64,000 nucleotides of DNA, from assembly GCA_964016885.1 (NCBI GenBank), contig OZ024740.1, positions 124,620,001-124,684,000 of the forward strand, given 5' to 3'. The notes under the pieces were generated by a model. The model did no database searches and was not told where the DNA came from. It was given only the letters and a program-made list of their open reading frames with translations. How positions within the stretch are numbered: position 1 is the stretch's first letter; every line of letters starts with the position of its first letter. Of this stretch, positions 57,830-64,000 are shown piece by piece. The translations under genes were made by a program, and so were the position numbers. This DNA comes from Eledone cirrhosa. Taxonomy: Eukaryota.

Positions 57830-60800
57830 ATTGAAGACTAAAATCCAAAGAGGGCTCGATAAGGATAAATATATATCAAATATATAAGAACCGTAGAGCG
57901 AATATTTATTAAATAACTGATTAAAGTTTAAGCAAAGAATCGCTGCTTTCACCCTTAACGGGATCTTCTGAAACTAACAAAGTCAATCTGTAAACGCAGA
58001 ACTGGATATTTCAAAAAACGTTGCAACCGGAGGAAGACAGGAAGACGATACTTTGGTTCGTGGGAACGTTCGCTGGCTAAGAACGGGAAAAAACGAATAT
58101 AATACGTCATTAATAGGAGCGGTGAAAAACAATTACGCGCAAAGACAGAACCACGTTTATGGTATAATAGAGGTCGTAGACTAATGTTCTCTTAGGTGGT
58201 GCATAGAGACGTTATCTGGCGATGAACGAAAAAAACGAAGATAATACGTCATATGTGGAGCGTGGAGAACAATAGCACGAAAAGACAAAACCACGTAAAT
58301 GGTATAGCAGAAGTCGTAGACTAAATTATAACTAGGAGACCGAATGAATCTCCGCTACGGAGTTAAGAACAAAGTAAATAAATACAATACAGAAGTAATA
58401 GAAGTAAATAAATACATACACGCAAACAGATACGTACATACACAAGCATACGCAAAATCTTACCATAGGTATACAAAACCACGCACATATAAATATGTGT
58501 GTCTGTGTAAGCGTGTATACAAATAAATAAATAATTATATAAACGTATATAAATAAATAAATACGTATATAACAAGCGCACACACATACCTACATGTAAA
58601 TACACGAAAGTTCGGAGACGTAAGTCAACCAAAACATGAAGTACACATATACACACGCCCTACATACGTACGAACCTGCATACTCAGACAGACGCAAAAC
58701 TCCCGTATACACATAGCCGAACCATATGTACCAGAATATATAAAAAAATTATACGCCATAACAATCAAATATACGTACGAGAAAGTATACGTACCTTCAC
58801 AAAACATACGGATAATATATACTTACCTATGCAAATAAGTAAAGGTATAAACAAAACATATACTTAGCTCCCACATCGAGACGTAAAATATCCACGTATA
58901 GATCGTACTATCCGTTAGGGTATAACGTGGGGCTGTAATACAGCAAAGTTTTGTGCAATTTATGTTTACAAGCCGAAATTGCCTCAGATTTTTTGTTTAA
59001 GATGTGGTCTGTGGCGTAGAGTATTTCCAGGGCCTCAGCGGCGCAGAGGTCACATGGTCTTTTATTTCCGTTATACGATCTAGCCCTCGCTAGGATCTCC
59101 CAGTGTAACTTATATTGGGTGTGGTTGTCTTTTAGACTCCAGATATAAGCTGAAAGTGACGTCATATTCCTTCTTAGAGGGTAACGAAAAGAATGGGTAT
59201 GCATGTAAAGACGCTGCTTGAATCTATTGGCGGTTAACCCTATGTAGGCTCGACGGGACGTGGGTGTTACAACCTTACATTTGTAGACAATGTTACTAGA
59301 GAGGCATTTCCCGGATAGGGGGCAATCAACCCGATCTCTACAATTACAGTTAGTACTAACTACAGGGTTGCACGTGTTCCTACGGCTAGGTAGTTTTTAG
59401 CTAAATTTGAAGCTGTGATGTTATGTGCAAGGTTAGGAGTCGTAGAGTAAGAAATTTTAATAGTATTTCTATTAAAAATTTTACTATGTTTATGTGTAGG
59501 GGAAAATGCTTCGTAATAAGGGAAAGAAAGATCTTAGCTAATGGTGTGGCCACCTCCATATTATATGGTGGGTTATACCAACAAATGCGACGGGATCTAT
59601 TTCTTCTCGGTCTATTTTCGTACTCTGTATATGCTACCTTATCGACAAATCCACTTTGAGCAAGAGCTTCATTGTAATAAGTGGAATGGTCGTTGAAAAT
59701 ACGCTCGTTGGTGGAAAGACGGGAAAGCCTCAACGAAACGTTTCTTACCAGGTTCTTGGTTATGCTGGCAGGATGGTTGGAATGCTTACTTATGTAATTA
59801 AGCGTATCATTCGGCTTTCTATACGGGTAATACAACCCATTCAATAAGTTGAGGGTAACGTCGTGGTAATTAACGACCGAGAGATTGGCCTCAACCTCTA
59901 TAGAGATGTTGAAGCCTTTAAAGAAGGCTGTGAGTTCTTTTCTGAACCTGTCGCAAGCACGAGGTCCGCACTTAGTCATGGTCAAAAGACCATCGTCACG
60001 GTAGAAACCACCGCCCGCGTTGGGGAATTCGTCCTTGATAGAGAAAAGAAGGAAAAGGCCGATAAGATCAGTAACCTCCGCAGAATCACTGGCGCCCATA
60101 CTCACGTTGAATGGGGTACTATTGGATTTTTTAATCCAAATAGAGTCGTCGAAATTAATCACCGACTTACGGGCATTGAGGATGACATCAACTTCGAAAT
60201 CCTTAACCACTGTGAATGTTTTAGCGAAATTGATAGCTCTAAGGAGAAGTGGTAAAGTGATGGAGGAGTAGTAATTGTTGATGTCGAATTGGATAAAACG
60301 GCAATGTTCCTTGTTACATATGCCGTTAAACCAATCAATCACCGCGAAGGAATTGTTCCACAGTGCAAGAGGGGCCAAACTTCTAATTTCAGGTATAATT
60401 CTATCAAGAATCGTCTTACTAACTCTACATAAATCGGACTTCGTAGGTTAATTGGCCGAATAGAGGGGTTTTCGGAAAATTGGATTTGTGATCCTTCAGG
60501 GTAAAGTGGGGAGAAATAGGGTCCAGAGGTTCGGTCCGGTCCAGGATGTTGAGATCAGATGTGATTTTAAACCCAGCATCGTTGATTTCATTGATGACGC
60601 ACCGATTTGTTTTACGGTAATCCTTAGTTACAGCATTATGTAGTAGTTGATGGTAAGTACTGCGCTCCACTTGATATAGGTTACCAGTTTTGTCGGAATG
60701 GACGTGCACGGCATTAGAATCCTTAATAGAACGAATTCTATTCTTCAGGTCTAGCTGGAAGGAATTGCTCCTATTCCGAAATTTGAAACTCCGAATGAGT

Positions 60801-61123
60801 TCCAAGACATCATTTTCGAAGGGTAGCAATGCTGGGTTACACGGGGTGTTATTATAGGTTTTAAATCCAAATTTATCCTGTCTGTTGTCTGCTTTTCGCG
60901 GATTATCGAAGTAAAAGGCCCGCCAACGCAACCTTTTAATGAACGCGTATGTTTTCTGTATCAGGAGTTTTAGGTATGTTTTCCTGCTTGGTATGGGTAT
61001 GTTCTTTGTAGAAATATTCAGATGTTGTTTCTGCATGATGAATATAAGTCAGTAGAGTGCTCAACCGAGGGAGCCAAATAGTAATAATAATAAATTTGAA
61101 GACTAAAATCCAAAGAGGGATCG

Positions 61124-61125
<2 letters not shown>
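57830..61125 (-). mobile_element. Full-length Hydra-type PLE with short pseudo-LTR; ORF broken by two frameshifts
   Basis: ORF pieces 60425-61036, 59401-60378 and 58908-59400 (STKNIPIP, QFDINNYYSSI, MGASDSAEV, YRDD, WYNPPY, CNCRDRVDCP, IVY...YIG, CDLCAAE); TTGAAGACTAAAATCCAAAGAGGG is repeated at 57831 and 61096; (TA)n on both sides. Confidence 0.93.
57925..57975 (-). ncRNA. Type I hammerhead-like motif with CAGAAGA core (also 35965-36015 -, 37006-37056 +, 41426-41476 -)
   Basis: AGTTT-CAGAAGA-T-CCC(GTTAA)GGG-T-GAAA-GCA(GCGATTCTT)TGC-TT-AAACT: all three stems present, U4 replaced by A. Confidence 0.65.
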
Positions 61126-61172
<47 letters not shown>

Positions 61173-61258
61173 GTAGGTCCCGGGTTGAGTCGGGGATAAC
61201 CACAGTAAGTAAGGTACTCAATACATGGCAGAGTAAAATATATTTATTGTATAGAAGG

Positions 61259-61309
61259 AGCTTCTACAGGACTAGTACTGTTTCATTCAGATGAAATCTT
61301 CAGGAAGCT
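61259..61309 (-). ncRNA. Type I hammerhead ribozyme (canonical core)
   Basis: AGCTTC-CTGAAGA-TTTC(ATCT)GAAT-GAAA-CAG(TACTAGTC)CTG-TA-GAAGCT; palindromic ACTAGT in loop III; GUA triplet. Confidence 0.85.
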
Positions 61310-61802
61310 GGGTGTCATATTAAGTTATTCTATTTATACATTTAGGTAGTGATAATGGAGGGGTGGTGGCTGGGGGGTGGATTGTTTGGGTAGGATGGTA
61401 TTTAGATACATAGGACCACAACTTTGGGGAGTGGTCAATTAGCCAGAGTGCTTTTGTAAAATAAAAGAAAAAGAAAAAGTAAATAAATAAGTAAATAAAT
61501 AAATAAATAAATAAATGAATAAATAGATAAATGAATAAATAAATAAAAATAAACAAAAACCCCAAGAATAGTAATTCAACAGATATATAGTAGGGAAATT
61601 TGTTTAGGTGGGTTGGTATTAGAAGATAAACAAGACCGAATCATGGCACAGACTGAGGTGAGCGGTGAAGTTAACATACAAGCTACAGGTGGCCAGAGTG
61701 TTTTTGTAGAATGGAAAGAAAAAAATATATTTACATACTCACAACCACATACATAAACACTTACACACACACATATATATATGTGTACATCTATACACAC
61801 AT

Positions 61803-61833
<31 letters not shown>

Positions 61834-61888
61834 AATGTAAGTATGTATGTATACGTACATACATATATGTATACAGACGTACAGTAGC

Positions 61889-61969
<81 letters not shown>

Positions 61970-62236
61970 CATGCAGGTACACATACATATATGCACGCAT
62001 CAGTTTAGCAGACGCTTATTATAGCGCTTGCTTTGTTCGTTTGTCAACAAACTGAACAGCCTGAATTTATGCCATACGGTGTTAAGGCAACCACGTCACC
62101 TTTTTGTTCAACACTGACACAGGAACGATGTACTAGTTTCAAGCTTGTTAGCTATCATCAGCACCGTTTACCCATCTGCCAGATAGTTGAACGTTCGAAA
62201 GTATATACTTTCCTTATGAAAATTAACGGCTGAGCA

Positions 62237-62273
<37 letters not shown>

Positions 62274-62631
62274 AGAAAAAAGCACATACACACAAATATA
62301 CACACACACGCATACACATACACACACATATACATATGCATACACACATATATATATACATATACATATCTACACATACACATATACATGTGTACATACA
62401 CACATATACACACACACACATGTATGTATGTCTCTCGGTATAAACTATACTATACATACATATACATACATATACACGCACATACATACACATAAACACA
62501 TATACACATACACGCACTCGTTCGCACACATATATGTATCTATATATATATTGGGAAAAAGTAAACTGAGCCTGATAGAAGATTAAAATATTTATTATCA
62601 CTACCAGGTTATTAATATTATCACCAAGTAA

Positions 62632-62679
<48 letters not shown>

Positions 62680-62686
<7 letters not shown>

Positions 62687-63328
62687 TTAAGAAACACAGT
62701 AAACCGTGTGTCTAAAATTACAAGGGTTGAAAAACCACATTTGTTTGAAATATTTAACCAAGAAGCAGATAGAATGATAAAATAAAAAATATTATTATAC
62801 AAACCGCCTCAATAACCATTATATCTCTCGGACAGATTATCCCTAATCTGTTTCGCCCTGAGTGTGTTTGTAACATATAATCCTAGGCATCATCAGCGAG
62901 AGAATCAGATTAAATGCAACAAACACTATTTGCCAACGTTCACACAGAAAGATGAATTTGTCACCTCGTGCTCCGCTAGTCAAACGTGGTAAGCGTGTAT
63001 TGAATAGAAATAACAGTCCAACACACGCAACTTAATAAGCTCAACTTGTGAGGGAGCAGAAATATATATGAAAATTAGAGTTAAAATTCAATTGGAACCC
63101 TGCAACTATTAAGCTCCAAGTATAAAAATTCTGAGCCGATTAATAATATATAGTAAGAAACACAGTAAACCGTGTGTCTAAAATTACAAGGGTTGAAAAA
63201 CCACATTTGTTTGAAATATTTAACCAAGAAACAGACAGAATGATAAAATAAAAATATATTATTATACAAACCGCCTCAATAACCATTATATCTCTCAGAC
63301 AGATTATCCCTAATCTGTTTCGCCCTCA
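62680..63328 (-). mobile_element. ORF-less hammerhead-containing partial tandem unit (~467-nt period), retrozyme-like or non-autonomous PLE
   Basis: 62680-62859 is repeated at 63146-63326; the second copy holds the 3' half of the same hammerhead; ends in (TA)n. Confidence 0.75.
62824..62903 (-). ncRNA. Type I hammerhead ribozyme (canonical core, long stems)
   Basis: TCTCTCG-CTGATGA-T-GCCT...GGGC-GAAA-CAGATTA(GGGA)TAATCTG-TC-CGAGAGA; GUC triplet. Confidence 0.9.
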
Positions 63329-63442
63329 CTGTAAATGAGGTTGGTGTTAGGAAGGGAATCCAGCTGTAGAAATCAAGCCAGAATCAGTTCCCGTCCCACC
63401 CTTGCAAGCAGCGAAAAGCGGACGTATAATGATGATCATGAT
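63325..63442 (+). mobile_element. 3' tail of the RTE-tailed SINE
   Basis: Reverse complement of 21165-21278; ends (GAT)n. Confidence 0.75.
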
Positions 63443-63509
63443 ATATATTTAGCTGTTGTTCAAACAATGATAAACATTGATTGCCAGCTAAATTAACAGT
63501 TTTATATAG

Positions 63510-63660
63510 TTTTTATATATAAAATATACAGAAGCAAAGACCAATCCAAACCAAACAGTGGGTGTGTTTTATTATTTTTGGCAATATTATTACAATATGA
63601 CCCTCCCCAAATATAACAATATTTGTTTCAACACACGATTTCATATAAAAATCCTTGCAA

Positions 63661-63668
<8 letters not shown>
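63510..63668 (+). mobile_element. Solo terminal fragment of the Nematis/Neptune-type PLE
   Basis: Similar to 57085-57232 (ATATGACCCTCCCCAAATATAACAATAT.TGTTTC.ACACACGATTTCATATAAAA); ends in (TA)n. Confidence 0.8.
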
Positions 63669-63715
<47 letters not shown>

Positions 63716-64000
63716 ACATATATATAATCATCATCATTCTTATACCTGCTTTTCGTTTCTTGCAGTGGTCAGAGGAGTTTCCCTCAATTTACCACCTTGA
63801 CACATGAGTTTTATTGTTATTTTCAGTTTGAAAATTACAAATGTCAATGCAAACTTTAGAATTCAATTATCTTCTCATACAATGTTGTAATCAAAGAATT
63901 ATTAGATTAAATATCTTTTACTATACACACCATCAGTTTGCAAATACATATGTATGTAAATATATCTATGTATATAGATATGTGTATCTATAGACAAATA

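Overview
AT-rich, microsatellite-laden animal genomic DNA (the SINE/LINE/Penelope mix resembles octopod cephalopod genomes; this is inference). It is almost entirely transposon-derived, and there is no confidently identifiable host gene, only a few candidate plus-strand exons. 0.5-14 kb: a nest of non-LTR retrotransposons in (TAA/ATT)n repeats, with one apparently intact 1130-aa R4/Dong-type RT-RLE element, several truncated relatives and a deleted Tx1/L1-like element. 16-31 kb: decayed RTE and CR1 LINEs, a non-autonomous Helitron, a mariner relic and a 2.6-kb palindrome. 35-64 kb: a dense cluster of Penelope-like elements (PLEs) of two lineages (YRDD/CxCx5C 'Hydra-type' and YVDD/CCHH 'Nematis/Neptune-type') inserted in (TA)n, with many inverted arrangements. 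Reading the non-coding PLE termini by eye shows a set of type I hammerhead ribozymes, three with canonical cores and several with family-conserved non-canonical cores. It also shows a ~467-nt ORF-less hammerhead-to-hammerhead tandem unit (retrozyme-like) and a spacer-less head-to-head fusion of two different PLE lineages.
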